NCBI GenBank assembly: GCA_963840855.1
Contig: CAWJBB010000030.1
Coordinates: 96,001-160,000, forward strand
Source: an uncultured delta proteobacterium
GTDB taxonomy: Bacteria; Desulfobacterota; Binatia; UBA9968
Length of the DNA stretch: 64,000 nt
Direction: 5' to 3'
Shown here in pieces: positions 32,791 to 43,928 of this stretch. A program made the position numbers and the translations under genes. Each line of letters opens with the position of its first letter. Position 1 is the first letter of the stretch. The notes beneath the pieces are model-generated. The model ran no database searches, was not told where the DNA came from, and saw only the letters and a program-made list of their open reading frames with translations.

Positions 32791-33804
32791 ATGAGTGAGA
32801 CCATCGGCGTTGTCGGCGCTGGGGGGTGGGGCATCGCATTGGCGAAACTGCTCGCTGATAAGGGTGAACAAGTGACCCTTTGGTGTCATGGCGGGGACAG
32901 CTATCAAGAACTTCAACGCAAGCGAGAAAGTTCCGTATATCTTGGCGGCATCATTCTGCCGCCGGCGGTGAAGTTCACGCGGACGCTCGCGGAGGCCGTG
33001 GCGGAGAAATTTTTGATAATCTGCGCGGTCCCCTCCCACGCGATGCGCGAAGTGATGACGCCGGCAGCGCCTCATGTTGCCGCCCAGGCACGCATAATTT
33101 CCGCCGCCAAGGGGCTAGAGGAAGAGAGCCTCAAGACAATGGGCGAGGTTTTAAGCGACATATTTGGCGCGTCGCGCAAGTCCAGCCACGGGTTTTTATC
33201 GGGGCCGACGTTCGCTATTGAGGTCGCTCGCGGTCTACCCGCGGCGGTAACGGTTGCCGCCGATAACGAGGAGGTCGCCGCGGAAGTCCAGGAAACCCTG
33301 AGCACGCAGAACTTTCGCGTATATACTTCGCGCGACGTCGTCGGCGTGCAGATGGGCGGGGTGGTAAAAAACGTCATCGCCATTGCCGCCGGTATCAGCG
33401 ATGGATTGGGACTCGGTCACAACGCCCGCGCTGCCTTGATCACCCGGGGTTTGGCGGAAATGACGCGGCTCGCGGTTCGCATGGGCGCGGAGCCACTGAC
33501 ATTGGCGGGACTGCCTGGTCTCGGGGACCTGATTCTCACCTGCGCCGGTGATCTCAGCCGAAACCGCAAAGTGGGCCTCGACATCGCCAGCGGGCGAAGC
33601 CTGCGAGAAACTATAGCAGGAGCCAAAACGGTGGCAGAAGGCATCCGCAACACGAGGTCGGTTTATTTGCTTGCCCGGCGCCTCCACGTCGAGATGCCCA
33701 TTGTCGAGCAGATGTTTTGCGTTCTCTACGAGGGCAAGAAGGCGGCGACAGCCGTGCGCGACTTGCTGCACCGCTCGCTCAAGGCCGAAATCCCGCAAAA
33801 TTGA
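32791..33804 (+). CDS. gpsA: NAD(P)H-dependent glycerol-3-phosphate dehydrogenase
   Basis: GAGGWG, SGPTFA.EV, KNVIAIAAG, GLGDL.LTC..SRN. Confidence 0.96.
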   Translation: MSETIGVVGAGGWGIALAKLLADKGEQVTLWCHGGDSYQELQRKRESSVYLGGIILPPAVKFTRTLAEAVAEKFLIICAVPSHAMREVMTPAAPHVAAQARIISAAKGLEEESLKTMGEVLSDIFGASRKSSHGFLSGPTFAIEVARGLPAAVTVAADNEEVAAEVQETLSTQNFRVYTSRDVVGVQMGGVVKNVIAIAAGISDGLGLGHNARAALITRGLAEMTRLAVRMGAEPLTLAGLPGLGDLILTCAGDLSRNRKVGLDIASGRSLRETIAGAKTVAEGIRNTRSVYLLARRLHVEMPIVEQMFCVLYEGKKAATAVRDLLHRSLKAEIPQN

Positions 33805-33872
33805 CATTGCGTGGGCACTATGATTGAAATAAATTCCGGGCGATTGCCTCTACCCATGGGAGCTATGTTGCG

Positions 33873-34034
33873 ATGAAACGAACCTATCAACCAAGCAATA
33901 TTCGAAGAAAAAGAACCCACGGTTTCCTTACCCGAATGGCGACGCCCGGGGGCCGTAAAGTCTTGAAGCGGCGCCGGGCAAAGGGGCGGAAGAGGCTGAC
34001 GGTTTCGGTGCCACCGAAGCGGGCGCGCCGCTGA
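33873..34034 (+). CDS. rpmH: 50S ribosomal protein L34 (absent from the ORF track)
   Basis: Translates to [53 protein letters not shown]. Confidence 0.97.
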   Translation: MKRTYQPSNIRRKRTHGFLTRMATPGGRKVLKRRRAKGRKRLTVSVPPKRARR

Positions 34035-34044
34035 GAGCCGGCGC

Positions 34045-34407
34045 ATGTCGCCCGAGGGTAGGGAGAAATTTCCCAAATCGGCCCGCCTGAGAAAACGCCC
34101 TGAATTCCTGAAGCTTTCACGAAGCGGCAGGAAAATTCACTCCGCCCATTTCGTTACCGTCAGCGGAAAAAATGACCGTGGGGAGACCAGGCTAGGTATC
34201 ACCGTCAGTGGCAAGGTGGGCAACGCGGTGGCGCGGAACCGCATCAAGCGTTCCCTGCGCGAGTTTTTCCGCCGCCGCCGCCACGAGTTAGGCACAGGGT
34301 TAGATTTTCTCGTGATTGCCCGGGGCAGTGCGTCGAAGATTTCATGCCGCGAGATCGCCGAGGAAATGAGCCAGAGCTTGATCGATTGTCGGGGCCAGCG
34401 GAAATAG
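34045..34407 (+). CDS. rnpA: Ribonuclease P protein component
   Basis: RLGITVSGKVGNAVARNRIKR (RNR motif); follows rpmH. Confidence 0.95.
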   Translation: MSPEGREKFPKSARLRKRPEFLKLSRSGRKIHSAHFVTVSGKNDRGETRLGITVSGKVGNAVARNRIKRSLREFFRRRRHELGTGLDFLVIARGSASKISCREIAEEMSQSLIDCRGQRK

Positions 34408-34628
34408 TGGCTTCTTTTTTGCGCATGATTTTTATTTTTTTGCTCCGGGTGTATCACCAGATCGTCTCGCCGCTCTTGCCATCAGCTTGCCGGTTTCACC
34501 CGAGCTGTTCAATTTACTTTTCAGATGCCATTCGAAAATATGGAATTCTAAGGGGCGGGTGGCTTGGACTTGGCCGGCTGGCGCGCTGCCGTCCGGCGCA
34601 TCCGGGCGGTTACGATCCTGTCAGATAG
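34407..34628 (+). CDS. yidD: Membrane protein insertion efficiency factor
   Basis: SP.LP..CRFHPSCS.Y, RC.P..PGGYDPV. Confidence 0.93.
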   Translation: MASFLRMIFIFLLRVYHQIVSPLLPSACRFHPSCSIYFSDAIRKYGILRGGWLGLGRLARCRPAHPGGYDPVR

Positions 34629-34637
34629 CTGTTACCA

Positions 34638-36267
34638 ATGGAAAAACGCGCGTTCATTGCGATTTTACTTTCACTGCTGATCCTCGTCGCCTGGCAAGAG
34701 TGGATGTCGCGATTTTATCCCGCGCCGCCGGAGCCGCAGGCGCCAGCGCAAAAGGAAGCGCCGAAGAGCCCGCCGGCCACGCCGCCTGCAGCTGAACTCC
34801 CGCCGGCGTCCGCGCCAAGCGTGCCTGCACCGGTGCGCGCCGCTCAATCCGCCAAGGAGTTAACGGTTGACACCGATGATTACGTAGCGGTCTTTACGAC
34901 CCAGGGAGCGCGGCTCAAGAGCTTCAAATTCAAGCACTATCGGACCTCCGCGGACGACCAGAGCCCGCCCTATGAATTGATCACTGCCGCGCCTGGCGTG
35001 CCGTTTCCACTGGGTATGAGTTGGCCGGCGCCGGCGCCGTTTGATGACGGCACTCTGCTCTACGGCGTCTCAGGCAGTGACATGAAACTTACTGGTGCAG
35101 CTAAGGGAACGCTGTCATTCGAAGGGCGGGGGCCGGACGGTTCCAGCGCGGCAAAGTCGTTCACTTTCTCCGGTTCCGGCTACCAGATCCAGTTGGAAGC
35201 GTCGGTAAGATCGCCGGCGGGCGCCGCGCTCACCCCGGAGATTCTGCTCACGGAAAAGAGCGATCACAACGTGCCCAATCCCGACGCGCCGTTCGAAGGT
35301 TTGATCGCTTTAGTGGACAACAAGATCAAGCGCGAATACGCAGTGGAACCGAACAAGAGCGTGGAGTTCAGCGGCGACGATAGCCTGGGCGGGGTTCGGC
35401 CACACTTATTTCTTTTTCGCGGCATTGCCGGACAGCAGCCCGCAGCATAAACTCTCGCTGACTAATGCCGGGCCCGCGCTCGTCGCCAGCCTCCGCGCGA
35501 TTTCTGGCAACGGGCCTCAGCGTTATACGCTTTTTGCCGGTCCCAAGGAGATTTCCATCCTTGAGGCCGTGGGCAGAGGCATTGAAAAATCCATCGACTT
35601 CGGTTACTTCGCGTTAATCTCGAAGCCGCTGCTCTATTTGCTGCATTTCTCCCATCGCTTCACCGGCAGCTATGGCATCGACATCATTTTGCTGACGATC
35701 CTTATCAAGATCCTCATGGCGCCGCTGACGCACAAGAGCTTCGTATCGATGAAGCAGATGCAAAAGCTGGCGCCGCAGATGGAGCGACTCAAGGAGCGGC
35801 ACAAAGACGACAAAGAGAAACTCAACAAGGAGATCATGGAACTCTACCGCCGCAACGGCGTCAATCCGCTGGGTGGATGTCTGCCCATGGCGTTGCAATT
35901 TCCCGTTTTTATCGGGCTCTATAATGCCCTCAGCACGCCTATCGAATTGCGCCATGCGCCGTTTATGTGGATCAAAGACCTCTCGCAGCCCGATTGGAAG
36001 TCGCTGCCCTTTACAGTCCCCGGCTGGTGGCCGTCTGTCTTGCCTGCGGGTATTCCGGTGCTGACGATTCTGATGGGCGCCAGCATGTTTATCCAGCAAT
36101 GGATGACGCCCAGCGCCGGCGATCCGAACCAGAGAAGAATGATGCTGATGATGCCGTTGATTTTTACCTTCATGTTCGTAACGTTTCCCGCCGGCTTAAC
36201 CATCTACTGGCTGGTCAACAATATTCTCTCCATCGCCCAGCAGTACTGGATCAACCGGCAAAGCTAG
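34638..36267 (+). CDS. yidC: Membrane protein insertase (frameshift at about 35390)
   Basis: MEKR N-terminal TM, IDFG, NPLGGCLP, ELRHAPF.WI.DLS, GLTIYW.VNN. Confidence 0.93.
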
Positions 36268-36289
36268 GCTCGGGAGAAAGGTTGGATTT

Positions 36290-37057
36290 ATGGACTTCGT
36301 GGAGACTGACGGCGAGACCATTGACGACGCTATTAGCAACGCTCTCAAGACTCTCGGGGTGGAGCGGGACAACGTGACAGTGGACATATTGTCCGAGGGG
36401 CGCAAGGGTATCTTTGGCTTCGGCGCCCAAAAGGCGCGGATTCGCGCCACCCTCAGAAGACCTGCGGTTGCCCAGGGGGCGAGCGATGAAAGATCAGAAA
36501 CCAGCCCGCCGCCCGCCACCGCCGCGGAAGTCGCGGCCACCGCGGAGAAGGCGAAAGCGGCGTTGGCGGAAATCCTCAAATTGATGGGCGTTGCAGCGAC
36601 GGTTGAAATCAAGGCCGGTGCAACGGGTGATGAGATCGTTCTCGATGTGCGCGCTGAAAATAACGCGCTCCTGATCGGCCGCAAAGGCCAAACCTTGGAA
36701 GCGCTGGAATATCTCGTCATACGCATCGCTGGCGAGCGACCGGGGGGTGAGGGACCCCATATCGTCGTCGACGTTGAGAATTATCGGGAGCGTCGGCGCC
36801 GAACCTTAGAAGACATGGCGCTCCGATTGGGCGAAAAGGCCAAGCGGCAGCGTAAGACCGTGACGGTGGACGCGCTGAGCGCGGCCGACCGCCGGATCAT
36901 TCATTCCGCGCTTCAAGATGATCCCTGGGTGACGACCAGGAGCCTCGGCCAGGGTTCCTATCGCCGGTTGCTGATCATTCCCGAGGGTGATCGCAAGAAT
37001 AGAAATGAGCCCAAGCCAGCCGGCGCGGAAAAGGTGGCGGCAAAGCAGGGAAAATGA
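36290..37057 (+). CDS. jag: Jag/KhpB (EloR) RNA-binding protein
   Basis: Jag N-domain, KH IGRKGQTL.AL, R3H RRIIH..L. Confidence 0.93.
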   Translation: MDFVETDGETIDDAISNALKTLGVERDNVTVDILSEGRKGIFGFGAQKARIRATLRRPAVAQGASDERSETSPPPATAAEVAATAEKAKAALAEILKLMGVAATVEIKAGATGDEIVLDVRAENNALLIGRKGQTLEALEYLVIRIAGERPGGEGPHIVVDVENYRERRRRTLEDMALRLGEKAKRQRKTVTVDALSAADRRIIHSALQDDPWVTTRSLGQGSYRRLLIIPEGDRKNRNEPKPAGAEKVAAKQGK

Positions 37058-37172
37058 GTTCAAGGTTCAACGTTCAAAGTTCAGGGTTCAAAGATTCGGA
37101 AATACGAGCTTCAGGTTCAAGATCCCACTCTGAGTCCGAAACCTTGAGCCTTGAACATTGAACCCTTGAACC
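37058..37172. repeat. Hairpin of inverted 7-nt tandem repeats (largest copy)
   Basis: GTTCAAG GTTCAAC GTTCAAA GTTCAGG GTTCAAA ... CTTGAGC CTTGAAC ATTGAAC CCTTGAAC, starting right after the jag stop codon. Confidence 0.8.
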
Positions 37173-37193
37173 GTGGCCGCTTCGGCCATCAGA

Positions 37194-37222
37194 TTGACCA
37201 TATCCCGCCGCTTCTTTATAGT
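37194..37222 (+). promoter_or_regulatory. sigma70-type promoter, probably leaderless ispG transcript
   Basis: TTGACC-17 nt-TATAGT-6 nt-ATG (37229); no SD sequence. Confidence 0.6.
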
Positions 37223-37228
37223 GCCTTC

Positions 37229-38326
37229 ATGATACAACGACGCAAAACCAGACAGATCCAGCTGGGCAAGATCAAAGTGGGCGGCGACGCGCCGGTCACC
37301 GTCCAGTCGATGACCAAAACCGATACCCGCGATGTCCGCGCCACCGTGCAGCAGATATGGGACTTGGAAGCCGCGGGTTGTGAGATCGTGCGCTGCGCGG
37401 TGCCGGTGCGCGAGGCAGCGGAACAGCTCGGCGCGATCAAGAAAAAAATTCGCATTCCGCTGGTAGCGGACATTCACTTCAACTATAAACTGGCGCTCAT
37501 CGCCGTCGAACAAGGGGTCGACGGACTCAGGCTCAATCCCGGCAACATCGGCGCCCGGAAATACGTCGAAGAAGTTGTCAGGGCCGCCTCGGAACGGAAA
37601 ATTCCTATTCGCATCGGCGTCAACGCAGGATCGCTAGAAAAAGACCTGCTGCAAAAATATGATGGGCCGACGGCGGAAGGAATGGTTGAGAGTGGTCTGC
37701 GCCACATTCACATCCTGGAAGACGTGGGCTACAACGAAATCAAGATCTCGCTGAAAGCTTCCGACCCGTTGATGATGATCGAGGCCTACCGCATGCTCGC
37801 GGGCAAGGTCGATTATCCTTTTCATCTGGGTGTCACAGAGGCGGGCACTCCGACGGTGGGGACAATTAAGTCCGCAGTGGGATTGGGAACACTACTCGCC
37901 GACGGCATCGGCGATACCATTCGCGTTTCTCTCGCCGCCGACCCGGTCGAAGAAGTGCGCGTGGGCATCGAGATTCTCAAAGCGCTTAGAATTAGAAAAG
38001 AAGGCATGACGTTTGTCGCCTGTCCCTCCTGTGGCCGCGCTGACGTCGATCTCGTCGGTCTCGCCAAAGCCGTGGAAGAGCGCATGTTGCCCTACAGCAA
38101 CTTGAATATCCACGTCGCGGTCATGGGTTGCGAAGTGAACGGTCCTGGCGAAGCGCGCGCCGCCGATCTCGGGGTCGCCGGCGGCAAAGGCATCGGTCTT
38201 ATATTCAAAAGGGGTGAGGTAATTCGCAAGGTGCCGGAAACTCAGATTGTCGACGCGCTCATGGAAGAAGTCGAAAAGTTCGCCGCTGAAAAACAGGCGG
38301 AACAGGCATCGGCCGTCGAAGCCTGA
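37229..38326 (+). CDS. ispG: (E)-4-hydroxy-3-methylbut-2-enyl-diphosphate synthase
   Basis: VQSMT, ADIHF, RLNPGNI, GDTIRVSL, CPSCGR, MGCEVNGPGE. Confidence 0.97.
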   Translation: MIQRRKTRQIQLGKIKVGGDAPVTVQSMTKTDTRDVRATVQQIWDLEAAGCEIVRCAVPVREAAEQLGAIKKKIRIPLVADIHFNYKLALIAVEQGVDGLRLNPGNIGARKYVEEVVRAASERKIPIRIGVNAGSLEKDLLQKYDGPTAEGMVESGLRHIHILEDVGYNEIKISLKASDPLMMIEAYRMLAGKVDYPFHLGVTEAGTPTVGTIKSAVGLGTLLADGIGDTIRVSLAADPVEEVRVGIEILKALRIRKEGMTFVACPSCGRADVDLVGLAKAVEERMLPYSNLNIHVAVMGCEVNGPGEARAADLGVAGGKGIGLIFKRGEVIRKVPETQIVDALMEEVEKFAAEKQAEQASAVEA

Positions 38327-38368
38327 GCCATTTCTTTCCCGACAGCAGTTCGATTCCACAACAAAGCC

Positions 38369-40096
38369 ATGCGTTGGAGCAAGACGCTTATACCGACACT
38401 GAAGGAAGATCCGGCGGACGCCGAGGTCGTCAGCCACAAACTGCTCGTGCGCGCCGGTTTCATTCGCCAGATCAGCCGGGGCATTTACGATTATTTTCCC
38501 CTCGCTTTGAAAGTGATTCGCAAGATCGAACAGATTGTGCGCGAGGAAATGAACCGCGCCGGAGCGCAGGAATTACTCATGCCGATCTGTTCTCCCGCTG
38601 AGTTGTGGCAGGAAAGCGGCCGCTGGGAAATGTACGGCAAGGAACTGCTGCGTTTTAAGGACCGGCATGAAAGGGATTTCTGTCTCGGCCCGACCCACGA
38701 GGAAATTATCACCGATATCGTGCGTCGAATCGTGCGTTCCTACCGCGAACTGCCCTTTAATCTGTATCAGATTCAAACCAAGTTCCGCGATGAAGTGCGC
38801 CCGCGCTTCGGCTTGATGCGTTGCCGCGAATTCATCATGAAGGACGCCTACAGTTTTCACGCGGACATCGAAGATTGCCGGCGCGAATACGAAAATATGT
38901 TTCAGACCTACAAGCGGATCTTTTCCCGCTTCGGTCTGCGATTCCGCCCCGTGGAAGCCGACACCGGCGCCATCGGCGGCAGCCAATCCCACGAATTCCA
39001 AGTGCTGGCGGAGTCGGGCGAAGACGCCATTGTGAGCTGCGATAAGTGCGAGTACGCCGCCAACGTCGAGAAGGCCGAAATCAGACACCGGCTGCCGGCA
39101 GGCCGTAACTTGTCCGCGGAATCGCCCAAATTGGCGAAGGTCGCGACTCCCGGCAAGAAGAGCGTCACCGAGGTGGCGGAGTTTCTAAAGCTCCCGGCGC
39201 ATAGGTTCATCAAGACTCTCGTTTATAAAACCGACGCGAATGAACTCGTGGCCGTGCTTGTGCGCGGCGACCATGAGGTCAATGAAACCAAACTAAGAGC
39301 CGCATTGGGCTGCAGCGAAGTTGCGCTGGCCGATGATGCCGCGGTGCGCGCTGCGACGCAAACAGCGCCGGGGTTTCTTGGACCCATCGGCATGAAACTT
39401 CGAGTTGTCGCGGATCGGGCGATCCAGGGGATTCAAGGCGCGGCCAGCGGGGCGAACGAGGCCGACGCCCATTATATTCAAGTCGACCAGAAGCGCGATT
39501 TTACGCCGTCCGCCTTTGCCGATCTGCGGCTGGCCAGGGGCGGCGATCCCTGTCCACGATGCGAGAGCGGCACGCTGGAAACCCATCGCGGCATCGAAGT
39601 GGGACAGGTTTTTTATCTAGGCAAGAAGTACAGCGAGGCCATGGGTGCGACCTATCTCGACGCCGAGGGGCGGGAACAGTCCATTGAGATGGGCTGTTAC
39701 GGCATCGGCATCAGCCGGTTGGTGGCTGCCGCCATCGAGCAGAACCACGACGCCAACGGCATCATATGGCCTTTTTCCATTGCTCCGTTTCATGTTTTGC
39801 TGCTGCCGATCAACTACAAAGACAAGACGCTCCAGGAGGTTTGCGACCGACTGTATCAGGAACTGCAGAACGGCGGCGTCGAGGTACTTTTGGATGACCG
39901 CGACGAAAGGCCTGGAGTCAAGTTCAAGGATGCCGACCTCATCGGCATCCCGCTGCGCGTTACAGTGGGCGCGAAAGGACTCGAAAGAGGGTGCGTGGAG
40001 CTGCGCTGGCGGCGCGACGGCAAGAGCGAAGATTTACCCGTCGGCGAGGCGGCACAGCGGATTCGGAAACTCATCGCCGAAGCGTTGGGAGCATGA
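38369..40096 (+). CDS. proS: Proline--tRNA ligase
   Basis: LGPTHEE, FRDE.RPRFG, MKDAYSF, INS editing domain, MGCYGIG, DDR.ERPG.KF.D. Confidence 0.98.
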   Translation: MRWSKTLIPTLKEDPADAEVVSHKLLVRAGFIRQISRGIYDYFPLALKVIRKIEQIVREEMNRAGAQELLMPICSPAELWQESGRWEMYGKELLRFKDRHERDFCLGPTHEEIITDIVRRIVRSYRELPFNLYQIQTKFRDEVRPRFGLMRCREFIMKDAYSFHADIEDCRREYENMFQTYKRIFSRFGLRFRPVEADTGAIGGSQSHEFQVLAESGEDAIVSCDKCEYAANVEKAEIRHRLPAGRNLSAESPKLAKVATPGKKSVTEVAEFLKLPAHRFIKTLVYKTDANELVAVLVRGDHEVNETKLRAALGCSEVALADDAAVRAATQTAPGFLGPIGMKLRVVADRAIQGIQGAASGANEADAHYIQVDQKRDFTPSAFADLRLARGGDPCPRCESGTLETHRGIEVGQVFYLGKKYSEAMGATYLDAEGREQSIEMGCYGIGISRLVAAAIEQNHDANGIIWPFSIAPFHVLLLPINYKDKTLQEVCDRLYQELQNGGVEVLLDDRDERPGVKFKDADLIGIPLRVTVGAKGLERGCVELRWRRDGKSEDLPVGEAAQRIRKLIAEALGA

Positions 40097-40099
40097 AGT

Positions 40100-41101
40100 A
40101 TGGCGTCCAACCTTGAGTTGGTGCGCGCGCGGGGGTCGATGCGCGAGCGGCTGATTGCGGCGCTCGACATCGACGGCCTCGATCAGGCGCAGGAGCTGGT
40201 CCGGTTGCTTGCCGGAGACGTGGGCATGTTCAAGATCGGCAAGCAGCTGTTTACCCATGCCGGCCCGCAAGCCGTCCGGTTGATTCAAGAACTGGGCGGT
40301 GAAATTTTTCTCGACCTCAAGTTCCACGATATTCCCAACACCGTCGCCAAAGCGGCCATCGAAGCAACGCGCATGGGCGTCAAGATGTTTAACGTGCATG
40401 CATCCGGAAGCTTGGAAATGATGCGCTTGACGGTCAAGGAAGTGGAACGGGTTTGCCGCCAGGAAAAACGCCGCAAACCTATCATGCTGGCTGTGACGGT
40501 GCTGACGAGCTTGAACCAGGATGACCTCAAACGCGTCGGCGTCGATGGCAAAGTCGCGGACCAGGTGGTCCGTTTGGCGCTCCTGACCAAAGAGGCCGGC
40601 ATGGACGGCGTAGTGGCCTCGCCCCAGGAAGTCGGGGACATTCGCGACGCGTGCGGGCGCCACTTCGTCATCGTCACTCCCGGCATCCGGCCCGCCGATT
40701 CAAAGCGCAACGACCAGCAGCGCGTGATGACGCCCGGGGACGCCGTGCGCGCCGGAGTCGATTATATCGTCGTTGGCCGCCCCATTCTCGAAGCCGAGGA
40801 TCGCGTCGCCGCGGCGCGCGGTATCGTCGCTGAAATGGAACAAGCGCAGAAAATAGATTTTCGCGCCGCCATACAACTGACAGCAACGGAACAAGGATTC
40901 TCGCCGCGCCAACGCGCAGCCGTCTACGAGATCAATTCAATTGGCGGGGCGCGCCGCTACAACTCAGCGCTTTACGCGCCAAAGGGCGTGGAAATGATGG
41001 ACCGGGCCATGGCCGGAGCCGACAGCGAAAGCGTTGGCGATGGCGCGGGTGATGTACTTTTTTGCGTAGGACAACGGCGGGTTCGACTTTATCCCCTCTA
41101 G
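40100..41101 (+). CDS. pyrF: Orotidine-5'-phosphate decarboxylase (true stop probably near 40856; read-through likely from a homopolymer error)
   Basis: FLDLKFHDIPNT, VTPGIR, DQQR..TP, VVGRPI. Removing one A from CAGAAAATAG gives a TAG stop at the normal length. Confidence 0.93.
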   Translation: MASNLELVRARGSMRERLIAALDIDGLDQAQELVRLLAGDVGMFKIGKQLFTHAGPQAVRLIQELGGEIFLDLKFHDIPNTVAKAAIEATRMGVKMFNVHASGSLEMMRLTVKEVERVCRQEKRRKPIMLAVTVLTSLNQDDLKRVGVDGKVADQVVRLALLTKEAGMDGVVASPQEVGDIRDACGRHFVIVTPGIRPADSKRNDQQRVMTPGDAVRAGVDYIVVGRPILEAEDRVAAARGIVAEMEQAQKIDFRAAIQLTATEQGFSPRQRAAVYEINSIGGARRYNSALYAPKGVEMMDRAMAGADSESVGDGAGDVLFCVGQRRVRLYPL

Positions 41102-41770
41102 CCAGATAAGCGGCGATAGCAGCCGAAAACGTGCAGCCCGTGCCGTGCGTGTTTTTGGTGCGGATGCGCGGCGCGTGGAGCGGAGTGAATTTCTTGCCGT
41201 CGTAAAACAGATCAATGGCGGGACCGCTTCGGTGACCGCCCTTAATGACTACGGATCGCGCTCCCATGCGCGACGATCCGCCTTGCCGATTCTTCAATGT
41301 CTTCGGCATCGCGCAGCGCCATGCCCGTGAGCTGTTCGGCCTCTGGAATATTGGGGGTGACCACGGTAGCGAGTGGAATCAGCCGCGAGCGCAGAGCCGC
41401 CACGGCGTTTTTCTTAATTAATAAATCGCCAGACGTTGCCACCATCACAGGATCGACGACCAGGTTCCTGAGACGATGCTCCTGAATCTTCTGCGCCACG
41501 ATTTCGATGATCGCAGCATTGGCGAGCATGCCGGTCTTGAGCGCGTGGGCGCCAATATCCGTAATCACCGCGTCGATTTGCGCCGCAACCATTTTAGGGC
41601 TCAATGCGCAGGATCGCGGTCACCCCAACCGTATTCTGTGCGGTGATCGCGGTGAGCGCCGAGGTGCCGTAGACACCCAGCGCGGCAAAGGTCTTTAAGT
41701 CCGCCTGAATACCCGCGCCTGCGCCGGAGTCGGAACCGGCGATGGTAAGAGCCTTACCTATCGGTTTCAT
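40964..41770 (-). CDS. thiD: Hydroxymethylpyrimidine/phosphomethylpyrimidine kinase (about 3 frameshifts)
   Basis: [50 protein letters not shown] and GSGHGPV across four ORFs. Confidence 0.92.
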
Positions 41771-41985
41771 CGAAAGCAATCGTAGCAAAGCTCGTTTCCG
41801 CTTGCGAGTGAGTCTCCTTGAAAACCGCCCCGAGGTTGGGCTAAAGAACAAAGCGATGGGCTCTACATTCGAGAATACCGGGGAATTTCTCGTTTGCATT
41901 AAGCGCGATTCGTATCGGCACCAAAGATAGATAGGCAAAGTAAACGGGCGATCTACATCCATTGAACCGAGAGGAGAAGCAATAG

Positions 41986-43833
41986 ATGGAACTATTCGAA
42001 ACGAAGAGAGATCCCTCGCGGAGGGATTTGATTACGACAACGGCGAGCGCCGACGGCGCCGGGGATAGCTTTGGTCCGGGCACACTGGGATCGGCGTTCG
42101 GCAAGATCCCAGCGAGCTGGGACCTGGAAGCGGATGTCGTGGTGGTCGGTTCCGGCGCCGCGGGACTTCCCGCCGCGGTCAAGGCCGTTGACGGCGGAGC
42201 GTCGGTCATCGTCGTTGAAGCCAATTATGACATCGGCGGGCATGCGATCATTAGCGGCGGCAACACCCCCCTCGGCGGCGGCACCAGCGCCCAGAAAAAG
42301 TACGGCATCGAAGATTCTCCCGACCTCGTTTTCCGCGATCTCACCGATTGGACCATCGTTCAGCCCAACGGCTGGCCGGATTACCGCTACAACGACCGCC
42401 AAGTCATGCGCGCCTTTGCCGATAATTGCGCGCCGACCTTTGAATTTCTCCTCGAGAACGGCGTGGAGTTCAAGGACGTTCCCCCGGACAATCAAGGGGG
42501 CCATAATCTCGGCAACTCGGCGCCGCGGGAGAATCACGCGTTCTGGACCAAAGGCGCGGGATATGAAAGTCCGAACAACAGGCCCGGAACCGGTGTCATA
42601 AGGCCGCTGGAGAACAGCGCCCGCGCCAAGGGCGTCAAGTTTCTCCTGAACCATAAGATGACGAGCGTCATTCGTGAATCGCCCGCAGGGCAAAAGGCGC
42701 CGAGAGTGCTCGGCATCACGGCGGAGTACACGCCGAGAATCATGCCGGGACAGTCGACGCCGCTGAAGAGCTTTCGCTCCGACGGCAACATCGACAGCAC
42801 CAAGCCGGCCGTGAATATCCGCGCCAGAAAGGCGGTGATCCTGGCCACCGGCGGCAGTACCGGCAACGTGCATTTCCGTCGCATGTTCGATCCGCGATTG
42901 ACTGACGTACTTCAGCTGGCCGGGGAGCCCTATTCCTTCCAAGACGGCAGCGGCGAGCTTGCCGCCATGGCCGTCGGCGCGTCGCTCTGGGGTTTCGCGA
43001 ACCAGATTGTGGAAAACGGCGATAATATCCGCACCCAGCGGGTGCTCGGAACCAAGTACAATTACATGACCTGGGAGCTCGAGATTCCTATCTTCCCCCT
43101 GGTAAAGGCCACGGGTTTGAGCGTCAAGGACTGGCACGATTTGATACTGGTGAATCAAGTCGGGAAGAGGTTCTATGACGAGACTAAAGGGGATTACCCG
43201 CACGGCAACGTCTACAAGGAGATCGATCCCTACACACCCAATGATTACCGCAACAACGCGAGCATCAAATACAATCCGTCCAAGTACAATTTTTTCAACG
43301 CCGCGGTGGCGATGAACGAGTACTCGAAACCGCCCGATTACTCCGCCGGGCCGGTGTGGGCGATCTTCGATGCGGACGCCGTGGCACGGGAGAAATGGAA
43401 AGTTACGCCGCCATACGTCGATCCGGATGGTTATTTCTTTAGCGCGAATACGCTTACCGAGCTTGCCGCCGCGATTAAGAATCCATATCAGGCAAGGCCC
43501 ATGGACGGCGCGACACTGGAAGCCACGGTAAAAAGATACAACTCTTTTGTCGACTCCGGCGCCGACTCGGATTTCGAAAAGCCGGCGCCGAAATACCGGA
43601 TTCAGACGCCGCCGTTTTACGCCGGGTGGTCCACGCCGCTTGTTCACGACTGTCGCAACGGTCTCAGGATCAATTCCAAATGCCAGGTGATGGACATGAA
43701 TGGCCAGGTTATTCCCGGGCTTTACTGCGGCGGCGAATCGGCCGGCGGCTTCAACCAGCATGGGCTGGGCCGCTGCACGACTCAGGGTTTCATCGCGGGA
43801 AAAAACGCCGTGGGTGAGAAACCGGACGCCTAA
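41986..43833 (+). CDS. FAD-binding dehydrogenase (fumarate reductase / 3-ketosteroid dehydrogenase-like flavoprotein)
   Basis: [29 protein letters not shown]; N-terminal SRRDL, Tat-like. Confidence 0.85.
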   Translation: MELFETKRDPSRRDLITTTASADGAGDSFGPGTLGSAFGKIPASWDLEADVVVVGSGAAGLPAAVKAVDGGASVIVVEANYDIGGHAIISGGNTPLGGGTSAQKKYGIEDSPDLVFRDLTDWTIVQPNGWPDYRYNDRQVMRAFADNCAPTFEFLLENGVEFKDVPPDNQGGHNLGNSAPRENHAFWTKGAGYESPNNRPGTGVIRPLENSARAKGVKFLLNHKMTSVIRESPAGQKAPRVLGITAEYTPRIMPGQSTPLKSFRSDGNIDSTKPAVNIRARKAVILATGGSTGNVHFRRMFDPRLTDVLQLAGEPYSFQDGSGELAAMAVGASLWGFANQIVENGDNIRTQRVLGTKYNYMTWELEIPIFPLVKATGLSVKDWHDLILVNQVGKRFYDETKGDYPHGNVYKEIDPYTPNDYRNNASIKYNPSKYNFFNAAVAMNEYSKPPDYSAGPVWAIFDADAVAREKWKVTPPYVDPDGYFFSANTLTELAAAIKNPYQARPMDGATLEATVKRYNSFVDSGADSDFEKPAPKYRIQTPPFYAGWSTPLVHDCRNGLRINSKCQVMDMNGQVIPGLYCGGESAGGFNQHGLGRCTTQGFIAGKNAVGEKPDA

Positions 43834-43837
43834 GCGA

Positions 43838-43885
43838 AGGCTTTGTCCGGGGCGCAATCGCAGCGGGAGACAAAGCCTATTTTGT
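43838..43885 (+). terminator. Candidate hairpin/terminator
   Basis: AGGCTTTGTC ... GACAAAGCCT followed by ATTTTG. Confidence 0.35.
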
Positions 43886-43928
43886 GAACATCGGAACGCA
43901 ACTCTAACAAGATCAGGAGGGCACGAAA

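Noticed and set aside
37058-37172. GTTC/GAAC arrays as CRISPR repeats or LexA boxes
   Set aside because: Units are 7-9 nt with no unique spacers and no cas genes. The spacing fits neither GAAC-N4-GTTC nor GTTC-N7-GTTC, and most copies follow stop codons.
40857-41101. Apparent C-terminal extension of PyrF overlapping thiD
   Set aside because: One extra A in CAGAAAATAG explains it; removing it gives a stop at the normal length, and much of the extension is antisense thiD.
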